A DNA stretch of 36,146 nucleotides from Bacteroidota bacterium (lineage in GTDB: Bacteria; Bacteroidota; Bacteroidia; Chitinophagales; CAIODY01), in the NCBI GenBank assembly GCA_041192505.1, contig JBEEMV010000185.1, forward strand, positions 1 to 36,146, in the 5' to 3' direction. Below, piece after piece: positions 1 through 9,397 of the stretch. The notes below the pieces were generated by a model. The model was not told the DNA's origin, did not search any database, and saw only the letters and a program-made list of their open reading frames with translations. Both the position numbers and the translations under genes were made by a program. Every line of letters starts with the position of its first letter. Position 1 is the first letter of the stretch.

Positions 1-666
1 GAAATTTTAGTGATTGATGACGAACCACAAATTCGTAAACTGTTAGAAATTGCTTTAGAAAGCAACGACTATAAAGTCTGGCAAGCCGCCACAGGAAAGG
101 AAGGTGTGATAATGGCAGCCAATCATCCACCCGAATTAATTTTGCTGGATATTAATTTACCCGATAAAAGCGGACATGAAATTTTGAAAGAATTACGAAC
201 CTGGTACAACAAACCAATCATCATGCTTTCGGTGCAACACAGCGAAGAAGATATTGTAACGGCTTTGGATAATGGAGCAACCGATTATCTTACCAAACCC
301 TTTCGTACAGGCGAATTGCTGGCTCGTATTCGTTCTTCCATTCGTAGAAATAATACGGATGAAAGCAGCAGCATAATTGTGTGTGGCGATTTACAAATTG
401 ATTTTGCAGCACGAACAATTTCGCAAAATGACACTATCATAAAACTAACCGCCACCGAATATAATTTGATGGCATTGTTTGCAAAAAACGAAGGCAAAGT
501 TTTAACGCATCAATTTATTTTAAAAGAAATTTGGGGCGTAGGTGCACAGATGGAAACGCAGTATCTACGGGTATTTGTAGCCCAATTGCGTAAAAAAATT
601 GAAGCCAATCCGAACCAACCAAAACATATAATTACGGAAAGTGGAGTGGGTTATCGCTTCTGTTGA
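1..666 (+). CDS. kdpE: KdpE-type OmpR-family response regulator (5' end truncated by window edge)
   Basis: Receiver domain (ILVIDDE, LILLDINLPD, GATDYLTKPF) plus winged helix with KdpE-like YLRVFVAQLRKKIE..P..P.HIITESGVGYRF. The frame is open from base 1 (EILVIDDE), so the true start is upstream. Lies directly before kup. Confidence 0.88.
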   Translation, partial: EILVIDDEPQIRKLLEIALESNDYKVWQAATGKEGVIMAANHPPELILLDINLPDKSGHEILKELRTWYNKPIIMLSVQHSEEDIVTALDNGATDYLTKPFRTGELLARIRSSIRRNNTDESSSIIVCGDLQIDFAARTISQNDTIIKLTATEYNLMALFAKNEGKVLTHQFILKEIWGVGAQMETQYLRVFVAQLRKKIEANPNQPKHIITESGVGYRFC

Positions 667-676
667 TAGCATTCTC

Positions 677-720
677 TTTATAATTTCTTTATACAATCGC
701 CCATACTCTTTACACTTTAC
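677..720 (+). promoter_or_regulatory. Putative KdpE binding site: direct repeats TTTATA (677), TTTATA (688), TTTACA (709), TTTAC (716)
   Basis: TTTATA half-sites 11 bp apart resemble the E. coli KdpE box (TTTATA..TTTACA). Followed by a non-consensus -7 element GACTTTTG (736-743) upstream of kup. Confidence 0.6.
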
Positions 721-765
721 CCATAACCATTCACCGACTTTTGCATCGTACTAATTCTATACGAA

Positions 766-2760
766 GTGTCGCAAAATTCAACAACAAATAATTCGCATTC
801 TACTTTAAATAAAGTTACGGTTGCATCTCTTTTAGTTGCACTCGGAATTATTTATGGCGATATTGGAACCAGCCCCCTGTATGTGTTTCATGCCATCATC
901 GGCAATCGCCCGATTGAACAAACATTGGTTTATGGCGGCATTTCTTGTGTATTTTGGACATTAGTTTTTCAAACATCCATCAAATATATTTGGCTCACTT
1001 TACGAGCCGATAACGAAGGCGAAGGCGGTGTATTTTCTTTGTACGCTTTGGTTCGCCGCTATGGAAAAAAATTAGTGATTCCAACCATTTTAGGAGCAAC
1101 AACTTTGTTGGCTGACGGAATAATTACACCACCCATTTCCGTGGCATCAGCCATCGAAGGATTGAATATGGTACATGGTTTGGAAAATGTGATTGTACCC
1201 GGAAATGCTTTAACCATAAGCATTGTAGTCGCCATTCTTTCTGCCTTATTTTTCTTTCAACGATTTGGAACGGATATGATTGGAAAATTTTTCGGACCAA
1301 TAATGGCAATTTGGTTTGGAATGTTGTTGATTGTTGGCAGTGTAGAAATTTTACACTATCCTGACATTTTAAAAGCGTTAAGTCCGCATTACGCCTACAC
1401 TTTGTTGGTGCATTACCCTCAAGGATTTTGGTTACTTGGGGCAGTATTTCTTTGTACAACGGGTGCTGAAGCGTTGTACTCCGACCTTGGACATTGCGGA
1501 ATAAAAAATATTCGTATCACTTGGGTGTTTGTAAAAATTAGTTTGGTGGCTTGTTATTTAGGGCAAGCCGCTTGGTTGATGCATCAAGGCGAAGCAACAT
1601 TAAACGATAGAAATCCTTTCTTCGAAATTATGCCACATTGGTTTCTGTTGCCGAGTATTTTAATTGCCACAGCAGCTACCATCATTGCTTCGCAAGCTTT
1701 AATTAGCGGCAGTTTTACCTTGATTAGCGAAGCGATGAATTTGAATTTTTGGCCACGAGTTACGCTTCGTCAACCCACCAATTTGAAAGGTCAAATTTAT
1801 ATTCCTAGTGTAAATTCTATTCTGTGGTTTGGTTGTGTGTTGATGATTTTATACTTCAAAGAATCGGGCGCAATGGAGGCTGCGTATGGCTTTTCCATCA
1901 CAGTTGCGATGTTGATGACTACCGTTTTGCTAGGTTATTTTTTATACTACAAATTGAAATGGAATAAAATTTATGTGGTGCTAATTCTTGCCATGTTTGG
2001 TGTTATAGAATTCTCCTTCTTCATTGCCAATGTGGCTAAAATAAAGCAACGCTGGATGTTTTTATTTTTTGAATTGGGAATTTTTATGACAATGTATGTG
2101 TGGTATTTTGCTAGAAAAATCAATAATCGTTTTACCAAATTTTCGCAACTCGGAAAATATAGTTTGCAACTAAAAGAGTTGAGTGAAGATGATGCCATTC
2201 CAAAATTTTCAACGCATTTAATTTATCTCACCAAAGCAAATAATAGAAATGATATTGAAGATAAAATCATCAAATCTATTTTTTCAAAAAAGCCGAAACG
2301 TGCTGATGTGTATTGGTTTGTGCATATTAACAGAACTGAACAACCTTACACTTTAAATTATGAAGTGAGTGAATTAGTGGATGATAAAGTAATCAAAGTG
2401 AACATCAATGTAGGCTTTAGAGTGCAACCACGAACCGAATTATACTTCAAAAAAATTGTGTGTGATTTGGTTGCCAACAAAGAATTGAATTTGCACATTC
2501 GCCCTGATGGTTCAACAAAATATAATGCCGAACCTGATTTCAAATTTGTGGTAATTGAAAAATTTCTTTCCGTTGAAAATGAATTTGCACTTCGTGATGG
2601 AATGCTTTTGCGTTCTTATTTCTTCTTAAAACATTTTAGCCAAAGTGATGAAAAGGCATTTGGGTTAGATAAGTGTGATGTAGAATTAGAGCAGATTCCA
2701 CTGGTTTATCAACCGATTCAAAATATTGAATTAACACGACAAATCAATTTGAAAAAATGA
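766..2760 (+). CDS. kup: KUP/HAK/KT family potassium transporter
   Basis: Signature ALGIIYGDIGTSPLY, ADNEGEGG, DGIITPPISV, TGAEALYSDLGH, GQIYIP, AAYG; many TM helices; GTG start. Confidence 0.96.
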   Translation: MSQNSTTNNSHSTLNKVTVASLLVALGIIYGDIGTSPLYVFHAIIGNRPIEQTLVYGGISCVFWTLVFQTSIKYIWLTLRADNEGEGGVFSLYALVRRYGKKLVIPTILGATTLLADGIITPPISVASAIEGLNMVHGLENVIVPGNALTISIVVAILSALFFFQRFGTDMIGKFFGPIMAIWFGMLLIVGSVEILHYPDILKALSPHYAYTLLVHYPQGFWLLGAVFLCTTGAEALYSDLGHCGIKNIRITWVFVKISLVACYLGQAAWLMHQGEATLNDRNPFFEIMPHWFLLPSILIATAATIIASQALISGSFTLISEAMNLNFWPRVTLRQPTNLKGQIYIPSVNSILWFGCVLMILYFKESGAMEAAYGFSITVAMLMTTVLLGYFLYYKLKWNKIYVVLILAMFGVIEFSFFIANVAKIKQRWMFLFFELGIFMTMYVWYFARKINNRFTKFSQLGKYSLQLKELSEDDAIPKFSTHLIYLTKANNRNDIEDKIIKSIFSKKPKRADVYWFVHINRTEQPYTLNYEVSELVDDKVIKVNINVGFRVQPRTELYFKKIVCDLVANKELNLHIRPDGSTKYNAEPDFKFVVIEKFLSVENEFALRDGMLLRSYFFLKHFSQSDEKAFGLDKCDVELEQIPLVYQPIQNIELTRQINLKK

Positions 2761-3350
2761 AAAAACAATTTACTTTTTTGCTGCTATTTTTTTGTTTGAT
2801 AAGTTCAATACTTTTTGCACAATCATCTTCAACAGGAATTTATTTAACAGCAAAAGATTTTCAACAACACAAAATTTCGTTCGCTTCATCACCTCAAAAA
2901 AAATATAAAATCAGCGTTGGCGAAATTTTTTATTCGCCACTTATAAAAATTTCGTCTGGAGATTCAACCATTAAATTAAGTAAGAATGTTGTTTATGGTT
3001 ATCGCAACGCCGACAATATTTCCTTTCGATTTTTCAACAAAAATGAATTTGAAATCTTGAATCCAATGGAAACTATTTTACTCTACAAGCTAACAGTGGC
3101 GGCAGGTGCAAGAGGTTCGGCAACGGTTACAAAATATTTTTTTAGCAAAGATGCTTCATCTCCAATTGTGCCGCTTTCTATCTACAATCTTCAAAAAGTA
3201 TTTGCAAATGATGCATCCTTTCAAGAGTGGATAGCCATTTATTTTCATAGTGATGATGAGTTGTTAAAGTATGATGCCGTGAATAAAATGTATCAACTCA
3301 ATCATGTTTTTCAAATCAGTAAAACCAATATTTTAAATTCAAAAAGATAA
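2757..3350 (+). CDS. Hypothetical exported protein
   Basis: Sec signal peptide (MKKQFTFLLLFFCLISSILFA-Q); ATGA overlap with the kup stop indicates operon coupling. Confidence 0.75.
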   Translation: MKKQFTFLLLFFCLISSILFAQSSSTGIYLTAKDFQQHKISFASSPQKKYKISVGEIFYSPLIKISSGDSTIKLSKNVVYGYRNADNISFRFFNKNEFEILNPMETILLYKLTVAAGARGSATVTKYFFSKDASSPIVPLSIYNLQKVFANDASFQEWIAIYFHSDDELLKYDAVNKMYQLNHVFQISKTNILNSKR

Positions 3351-3353
3351 ATC

Positions 3354-4697
3354 ATGAACAAAAACTTACTTATTCTTTCCTTCACATTTTTGATTTCATT
3401 TTCTGCTATTGCACAAGAAAAAATTCCATTTGAAGGCATGGATTTAACTTGGCTAAATGGAAACGACAGACGAGATTCTTCGGTGTTTCATAACCCCTAT
3501 TTTGCTCCGTCAATTTTAATTGATGCCAATTATACTTATTCATTCAACAACCCGAATGACAACACAGTAGTGGGTTCAACAGCTTTGGCAAGAAATAATG
3601 AAATGGAATTATCAGGCATTCATTTCGGTGGCGATTTTACTTTTAAAAATGCAAGAGGAAGAATTATGACGCAATTTGGCACTCGTTCAACTGTAGTTCC
3701 GAGAAACGATTTTAGCGTTTATCGTGGGCAATATGATTTAGCAAATGTGTATCGCTATTTGAGTGAAGCCTACGCTGGTTACCACTTTAACAAGTGGTAC
3801 GGCATCAATGTTGACTTCGGAATGTTTATGAGTTACATCGGTTTGAATTCGTATTATCAGCCCGAAAACTGGGAGTATCAAGCATCCTACACATCTGACA
3901 ATACACCTTGGTTTTTTAACGGAATGCGTTTGCAAATTTTTCCAACCAAAAAATTAAAGCTCGAAGGTTGGGTAATTAATGGTTGGCAAAGTTACGGAAA
4001 ATTCAACACCATGCCGGGTTTGGGTGGCAATATCACTTATTGCGCTAACGAAAATTTTAAAATTTTAACTAACGATTATTTTGGAACAGATGCTGCTGGC
4101 ATTCCAAATCGCAAACGATTTCATTCAGATAATAGTTTACTGTATCGCTATTACAACAAGCCAAACGCAAGCGGAATCAGCAAAGCAGCGTTTTCATTAA
4201 CGGGTGATTTTGGTTTTGAAAATGGCGGTGGTGTAAAAGCATTCAATGGCGATTCGACTACGCCATCACAAAATTTTATCAGTGGAATGTTTTACAATCG
4301 AATTTGGTTTTGCAAAAATAAATTTGCTTTCACATTTGGTGGCGGCATGATGACAAACCCCGGACGCTATCTGGTGCTGTATCCTACGGGTGATGCAAGC
4401 CCGTTGCCGAATCCAACAAACCCAACAACTACAGCTGGCACACATCCCTTTTCTGCAAACCCAGGCGACCAATTTAAAGGTTGGGATGCCTCAACAAATT
4501 TTGATTGGATACCGAATCAAAGCATCACTTTTAGAATTGAGTTTGTACATCGAGAAGCTAATGTACCTTATTTTGCTGGTGCTGGCGGCGTTACCTCACC
4601 AACTGGCTATACTACCACATCGCTGCCAATTAACTGGAAACCTGATTTAGTAAAATCAGAAAATAGAATTATTTTCGCAACATTATTTAGGTTATAA
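3354..4697 (+). CDS. Outer membrane beta-barrel porin (putative beta-barrel porin 2 / OmpL-like, often kdp-associated)
   Basis: Signal peptide; EAY, G.FMSYIG, NWEYQ.SY...NTPWF..G.R and NGWQ motifs; C-terminal amphipathic strand IIFATLFRL. Confidence 0.75.
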   Translation: MNKNLLILSFTFLISFSAIAQEKIPFEGMDLTWLNGNDRRDSSVFHNPYFAPSILIDANYTYSFNNPNDNTVVGSTALARNNEMELSGIHFGGDFTFKNARGRIMTQFGTRSTVVPRNDFSVYRGQYDLANVYRYLSEAYAGYHFNKWYGINVDFGMFMSYIGLNSYYQPENWEYQASYTSDNTPWFFNGMRLQIFPTKKLKLEGWVINGWQSYGKFNTMPGLGGNITYCANENFKILTNDYFGTDAAGIPNRKRFHSDNSLLYRYYNKPNASGISKAAFSLTGDFGFENGGGVKAFNGDSTTPSQNFISGMFYNRIWFCKNKFAFTFGGGMMTNPGRYLVLYPTGDASPLPNPTNPTTTAGTHPFSANPGDQFKGWDASTNFDWIPNQSITFRIEFVHREANVPYFAGAGGVTSPTGYTTTSLPINWKPDLVKSENRIIFATLFRL

Positions 4698-4706
4698 AAT
4701 CATTGT

Positions 4707-5438
4707 ATGAAAAAAAATAGAAAGCAAAAATTAATAATACTGATTTCATTTTCGTTTTTTATTTTAACTACAATTATTTTTTTAATGCAATACCCAGTTT
4801 ATAAAACAATGATGCCAGGGTATCATTCGCTAATTTATACAACCTCAAAATATCATCAATTGCTTGGCAATAATTCAGATGAATTAATTGAGCTTTCTGC
4901 AACAAAAATTGAAGGTGATAAGAAAATGTTGCAATCGGAAAAATTGTTTGAAAAGCATATCATTACTATGTTTCCATATTGGTATGGTACACGTTGGAAT
5001 TTTAATGGTAAAACAGAAATACCGGGCAAAGGGAGCATTGCCTGTGGTTATTTTGTGACTACAGTTTTAAAACAATCGGGATTAAATATTGAGAAAAATG
5101 CATTGGCAAGATTAGGTAGTGAAGAAATGATAAAAGCTATTTGTGACGATGCAATACTATATCGATTTACTAATTATTCAATGATTCCATTTTTAGAAAA
5201 AATTAAACTGCAAGGTGTTGGAATTTATTTGCTCGGCTTAGATACACATACGGGCTTTATTTGGAATGATGGTAATGAAATTTACTTTGTTCATGCAAGT
5301 GGCAGATTTCCTTATTGTGTAAAAAAAGAAATAGCTAATGAGTCAATTACACTTTGGAAATCGAAGTATAAAGTAATTGCAAAAATTAGTGGCGATACAT
5401 CAGTTTTAAATAAATGGCTAAATCATAAGCCATTTTAG
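4707..5438 (+). CDS. Membrane-anchored hypothetical protein, possible NlpC/P60-like cysteine hydrolase
   Basis: N-terminal TM helix; WYGTRWNFNG...IACGYFV...HTGF...VHAS parallels the NlpC/P60 Cys-His-His arrangement. Confidence 0.55.
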   Translation: MKKNRKQKLIILISFSFFILTTIIFLMQYPVYKTMMPGYHSLIYTTSKYHQLLGNNSDELIELSATKIEGDKKMLQSEKLFEKHIITMFPYWYGTRWNFNGKTEIPGKGSIACGYFVTTVLKQSGLNIEKNALARLGSEEMIKAICDDAILYRFTNYSMIPFLEKIKLQGVGIYLLGLDTHTGFIWNDGNEIYFVHASGRFPYCVKKEIANESITLWKSKYKVIAKISGDTSVLNKWLNHKPF

Positions 5439-6769
5439 CTTTCATTTAATTTTTTATTTCTAATTGGTATTAAAATAATTAATCCGATGATGAAAAATAC
5501 CATTATTGCTAATATCGAATTGCGCATATTACCCGTTAATTCTTCAATATAGCCATAGCTTAATAATCCTATAACAATGGCTACTTTTTCGGTTACATCA
5601 AAAAAACTGAAGTAGGATGTAGTGTCTTTATTAGCAGGTATCATTTTGCTGTAAGTGCTTCGGCTTAAGGATTGTATGCCACCCATCACAAAACCTACAA
5701 AGGCACCTAATATGTAAAAATGAACTTGAGTTTTGATATAATAAGCAGCTATCAAAATTATTATCCAAAAAATGATAACAGAAATAAGCGCTTTCATATT
5801 GCCAATTTTATCAGATAATTTGGCAATTAAAATAGCACCAGGAATGGCTACAATTTGAATTAAAAGAATGGTTACTATTAATCCTTCGGTGGGTAATTGC
5901 AATTCTTTTTTACCAAATAAAGTAGCTACCAACATTACTGTTTGTACACCCATATTGTAAAAGAAATAACTGAACAAAAATGTTTTTAAAACTTTTTTGT
6001 GTTTCAATTCTTGCCATACTTTTTTTAATTCTAAAAAACCATTTTTAATTAAATTAGAATCGCTTTTTTGTTTGGTTGATGGTGTGCCTTTTGGCAAAAT
6101 GGCTAACGGAATTTGAGCAAACCCAAACCACCAAATACCTACCATTACAAATGAAATTTGTGCTGGCAAGGCATTGTTTTCGGCAGCAATGCCAAACCAC
6201 TCTTTTTTAAATACCACCACAAAACAAAGCAATTGTAAAATGATGCTTCCTACATAGCCAAATGTAAAACCTTTAGCGCTTACGTCATCTCGTTTTGCAT
6301 CGCTTGCTATTTCTGGTAAATAACTATTATAAAAAACCAAACTACTCCAAAAGCCAATACAGGCAAGTATTACAAATATTAATCCTATTACAAAATGATC
6401 CATGGTAAAGAAAAATAGCATCGAACAACTTATGCTTCCTAAGGTGCTAAAAAATCTTAAAAACGATTTTTTATTTCCTTTATAATCGGCTATTGATGAT
6501 AAGATAGGAGAGAGCAAAGCCACTATTAAAAAGGCAAAAGCCAACACATAATTATATAAAGCAGTGTTTACAAATGTTCTTCCAAATAAAACTATTTCGC
6601 CATTATTGCCGCTGGTAATACCTTCGTAATAAGCAGGAAAAATGGTAGATGTAATTACCAAATTATAAACCGAATTTGCCCAATCATACAATGCCCATCC
6701 TCTAATAATTTTTGGGTTATCAATTTGTTGATTTTCCAGAATTGGTGTTGATGTATTTGAATTTTGCAT
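5435..6769 (-). CDS. MFS transporter, UMF1/ATG22 family
   Basis: WALYDWANS, SPILSSIAD, FYNSYLPEIA, GYVGS, GGIQSLSRS motifs; about 12 TM helices. ATG at 6769 preferred over TTG at 6775. Confidence 0.9.
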   Translation of the reverse strand: MQNSNTSTPILENQQIDNPKIIRGWALYDWANSVYNLVITSTIFPAYYEGITSGNNGEIVLFGRTFVNTALYNYVLAFAFLIVALLSPILSSIADYKGNKKSFLRFFSTLGSISCSMLFFFTMDHFVIGLIFVILACIGFWSSLVFYNSYLPEIASDAKRDDVSAKGFTFGYVGSIILQLLCFVVVFKKEWFGIAAENNALPAQISFVMVGIWWFGFAQIPLAILPKGTPSTKQKSDSNLIKNGFLELKKVWQELKHKKVLKTFLFSYFFYNMGVQTVMLVATLFGKKELQLPTEGLIVTILLIQIVAIPGAILIAKLSDKIGNMKALISVIIFWIIILIAAYYIKTQVHFYILGAFVGFVMGGIQSLSRSTYSKMIPANKDTTSYFSFFDVTEKVAIVIGLLSYGYIEELTGNMRNSILAIMVFFIIGLIILIPIRNKKLNES

Positions 6770-6772
6770 TTT

Positions 6773-6780
6773 CAAAAGTA
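6773..6780 (-). promoter_or_regulatory. Bacteroidota -7 promoter element (TACTTTTG on minus strand)
   Basis: Exact TAnnTTTG consensus ending 3 nt before the MFS ATG. Confidence 0.55.
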
Positions 6781-6837
6781 ATTTTTTTAATCATGATTTT
6801 TTATCATTTATCTTTAAGAAATTTTAATCTAAAAAAT

Positions 6838-7887
6838 ATGACAAGCAGACGAAAATTTATAACCCAAACAGCATTAGCAACTGCCATACTTCCGTTGGCT
6901 TCGGTAGCTAATTCGGTAATGAAAAAGCGACCAAATTATCCTCTGGTAATTAGCACTTGGGATGCAGGATTACGTGCCAACACAAAAGCTTGGGAATTAT
7001 TAAATGATAACAAAAGTGCTTTAGATGCTGTTGAAGCTGGCGTAAGAATTACCGAAAGCGAAATAAATTGTTGTGTGGGTTTAAATGGTAATCCTGATAG
7101 AGAAGGCATTGTTACATTAGATGCATCAATTATGGATGAACAGGGTAACTGTGGCTCGGTAGCAGCCCTTGAACAAATTGAACATCCCATATCTGTAGCC
7201 CGAAAAGTTATGGAAAATTCGCCACATGTAATGTTGGTTGGGCAAGGTGCACAGCAATTTGCTTTGCAAAATGGTTTTCAATTAATGCCGAAAAAATTAT
7301 CGGCAGATGCTGAAAAAAATTATAAAGAATGGTTGAAGAAAAATGAATATAAACCTATTATGAATATTGAAAATATAGGAAATAAAAAACATCACCGCCA
7401 TCATTTATTTGGTCCCAATCCACCCGATATTTTTGATAATGGAGAATATAATCATGATACAATAGCCATGTTGGCTTTAGATTCTAAAATGAACATTAGT
7501 GGCTCATGTACTACAAGTGGTATGGGGTTTAAATATCGTGGTAGGGTAGGCGATTCGCCAATTATTGGTGCAGGGTTGTATGTAGATAATGAAGTGGGTG
7601 CGGCGGCAGCTACGGGGCATGGTGAAGAAGTAATCAGAATTGCAGGTAGTCATTTGGTAGTTGAATTAATGCGCCAAGGCAAATCGCCAAAAGATGCTTG
7701 TAAGGCAGCTTTAGAAAGGGCTGTAAAAATGAGAGGCGAAAAATTAAAAGATAAACAGATTGCATTTATAGCTATTAATAAAAATGGTGAAGCCGCAGGA
7801 TATGCACTACGAAAGGGCTTTAGCTATGCTTTGTGTTCATCATTTCATAATAATGAATTAATAAATGCAGATTTTTTGATGGATTAA
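6838..7887 (+). CDS. N(4)-(beta-N-acetylglucosaminyl)-L-asparaginase (glycosylasparaginase, Ntn hydrolase), Tat-exported
   Basis: Tat signal MTSRRKFI at ATG 6838; VISTW, LDASIMD, autocleavage HD/TI, TTSG, GRVGDSPIIGAG, ATGHGE. Confidence 0.93.
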   Translation: MTSRRKFITQTALATAILPLASVANSVMKKRPNYPLVISTWDAGLRANTKAWELLNDNKSALDAVEAGVRITESEINCCVGLNGNPDREGIVTLDASIMDEQGNCGSVAALEQIEHPISVARKVMENSPHVMLVGQGAQQFALQNGFQLMPKKLSADAEKNYKEWLKKNEYKPIMNIENIGNKKHHRHHLFGPNPPDIFDNGEYNHDTIAMLALDSKMNISGSCTTSGMGFKYRGRVGDSPIIGAGLYVDNEVGAAAATGHGEEVIRIAGSHLVVELMRQGKSPKDACKAALERAVKMRGEKLKDKQIAFIAINKNGEAAGYALRKGFSYALCSSFHNNELINADFLMD

Positions 7888-7931
7888 AATAAAAAAACTG
7901 AAAATATTTTAAAAAATAAAAAACAAAAACA

Positions 7932-7939
7932 TACATTTG
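7932..7939 (+). promoter_or_regulatory. Bacteroidota -7 promoter element (TACATTTG) for tRNA-Phe
   Basis: Exact TAnnTTTG followed by C, ending 27 nt before the tRNA. Confidence 0.7.
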
Positions 7940-7966
7940 CACTCCGTTAAAAAAAGCAGAATAAAT

Positions 7967-8039
7967 GGTGCGGTAGCTCAGTTGGTAGAGCAATGGACTG
8001 AAAATCCATGTGTCGCCGGTTCAACCCCGGCCCACACCA
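7967..8039 (+). tRNA. tRNA-Phe (GAA)
   Basis: Cloverleaf: acceptor GGTGCGG/CCACACC, D arm GCTC-AGTTGGTA-GAGC, anticodon arm ATGGA-CTGAAAA-TCCAT, T arm GCCGG-TTCAACC-CCGGC, discriminator A; CCA not encoded. Confidence 0.97.
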
Positions 8040-8043
8040 CATT

Positions 8044-8074
8044 AAAACCTCAACAATATTTGTTGAGGTTTTTT
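8044..8074 (+). terminator. Rho-independent terminator after tRNA-Phe
   Basis: AAAACCTCAACAA-tat-TTGTTGAGGTTTT hairpin with T tail. Confidence 0.85.
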
Positions 8075-8079
8075 AATTT

Positions 8080-8157
8080 ATGAAGGTGTATATAATTTAT
8101 TCAAAAAAAATTGATAAGTATTATGTAGGCTAATGTGAAGATTTTGAAATCAACTAA
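8080..8157 (+). pseudogene. Truncated GIY-YIG nuclease remnant
   Basis: Reads MKVYIIYSKKIDKYYVG*CEDFEIN*, matching the N-terminal VYI..S....YYVG motif of small GIY-YIG proteins; in-frame TAA at 8131. Confidence 0.7.
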
Positions 8158-8170
8158 AAAATAATTAAAT

Positions 8171-8204
8171 AAAAAAAAGGAAGCTATTATATAGCTTCCT
8201 TTTT
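8171..8204 (-). terminator. Rho-independent terminator (probably bidirectional) for the minus-strand PepSY-like gene
   Basis: AAAAGGAAGCTAT...ATAGCTTCCTTTT hairpin with A/T tails on both sides. Confidence 0.8.
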
Positions 8205-8222
8205 AAAATATTTGTCAATCTA

Positions 8223-8651
8223 TTAAGCAGGCTGTTTTCTTAAAAAATTTCCTTTAGCATCAAATATATAATCTTCGCCACTTATTTCAGCTTCATAGGT
8301 AATATTTCCTTTAGCATCAATAGTTTTAGCGGCTTCTTTAATTTTTTTACCTGCTAAATTTTTGCTAATATATTCGATTACTGAAATAGGCAATACATCA
8401 ATTTTAATATCAGTTTCGGTTTGTAACCATTGTCCTGCTGGCGAAAATAAAGCTGATGTTTCAATCTTATTTAATGTAAATTCTGCTTCATAATTTCCGT
8501 ACTCAAATTCCCATTTTGATACATTTTGATTAGGAAACATTTCGGCAAACTTAGTTTTTACTTCTTTAGGTACTTCGTATTCGCTAATTTTTCCAGCAAA
8601 TAAAAATTGCGATGTAAATAGCAGCGCAATAAGAATATTTATTTTTTTCAT
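8223..8651 (-). CDS. PepSY-like / BLIP-like periplasmic protein
   Basis: Signal peptide; repeated VP..V...F...FP....W.....YEAEF and LP..V..YI...YEAEI...IFDAKGNFL motifs. Confidence 0.85.
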   Translation of the reverse strand: MKKINILIALLFTSQFLFAGKISEYEVPKEVKTKFAEMFPNQNVSKWEFEYGNYEAEFTLNKIETSALFSPAGQWLQTETDIKIDVLPISVIEYISKNLAGKKIKEAAKTIDAKGNITYEAEISGEDYIFDAKGNFLRKQPA

Positions 8652-8716
8652 TGTTTTAAATTTTTGTCGAAGTTAAAATTGAATTTTCAATTAATCAAGA
8701 ATCTGTTGGTATGAAA

Positions 8717-9397
8717 TTATTGTTTCATGATTTTTTTAAAATAAATTTCTCCATTTATTTCTTCTATTTTTAAAAAGTAAATAGCCGCTGGTAAATCAGC
8801 CATTAACAATCGGATATTATTGTTGAAGTACTGAATTGCAACCTCCAATTTTTGCCCATTACTATTTAATACTTCTACTGATTTAAATACATTATTATAG
8901 GGTTGAAGTACTAATTCATTTGTAGTAGGGTTTGGATAAATGATTGATAATTTACTTGCATCAACAGTATTTATAGAGGTAGAATTTACTATCAAAATAT
9001 AAGATAATGTATCTTTTAGCATCTTGTTGGCTGTATCATTTACAGCATAAGTTAAAACTGCAATTCCATTATTAACTTTTGCTTCAATTGCAATATCTAA
9101 ATTGGCTATACCATTTGGCACAATAGCAGTCATAATAGCTGAAGCCGCAGATGAAGGATAGCTTGCATAATTATCATTGATATAAAATGCCCAATTTGGT
9201 GGCAATGCTTTACTTATTAATGTCCATTGTAAAGCAATATTATTAGTAGAAATATTTTTCAAATTAATGTTTAAATATTCGATTGAATCCAGTTTGCCTT
9301 TTCTTACAATTGAATCGTTAGGCAAATGAATAAAACTTAGTTGTGCTTGGCAAACTAAACTTGTGATTACCAAACAGAATGAAAAAAATAATTTCAT
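8717..9397 (-). CDS. Small T9SS type A sorting domain protein
   Basis: Signal peptide; C-terminal IYPNPT...NSNGQ...LPAAIYFLKI...KKIMKQ. Confidence 0.85.
   Translation of the reverse strand: MKLFFSFCLVITSLVCQAQLSFIHLPNDSIVRKGKLDSIEYLNINLKNISTNNIALQWTLISKALPPNWAFYINDNYASYPSSAASAIMTAIVPNGIANLDIAIEAKVNNGIAVLTYAVNDTANKMLKDTLSYILIVNSTSINTVDASKLSIIYPNPTTNELVLQPYNNVFKSVEVLNSNGQKLEVAIQYFNNNIRLLMADLPAAIYFLKIEEINGEIYFKKIMKQ

Noticed and set aside
6712-6837. Longer start of the glycosylasparaginase ORF
   Set aside because: It overlaps the divergent MFS gene, and the Tat signal begins at ATG 6838.
7375-7460. His-rich insert before the autocleavage site of glycosylasparaginase
   Set aside because: This linker is variable in length in the family, and I saw no palindromic or repeated DNA in it.
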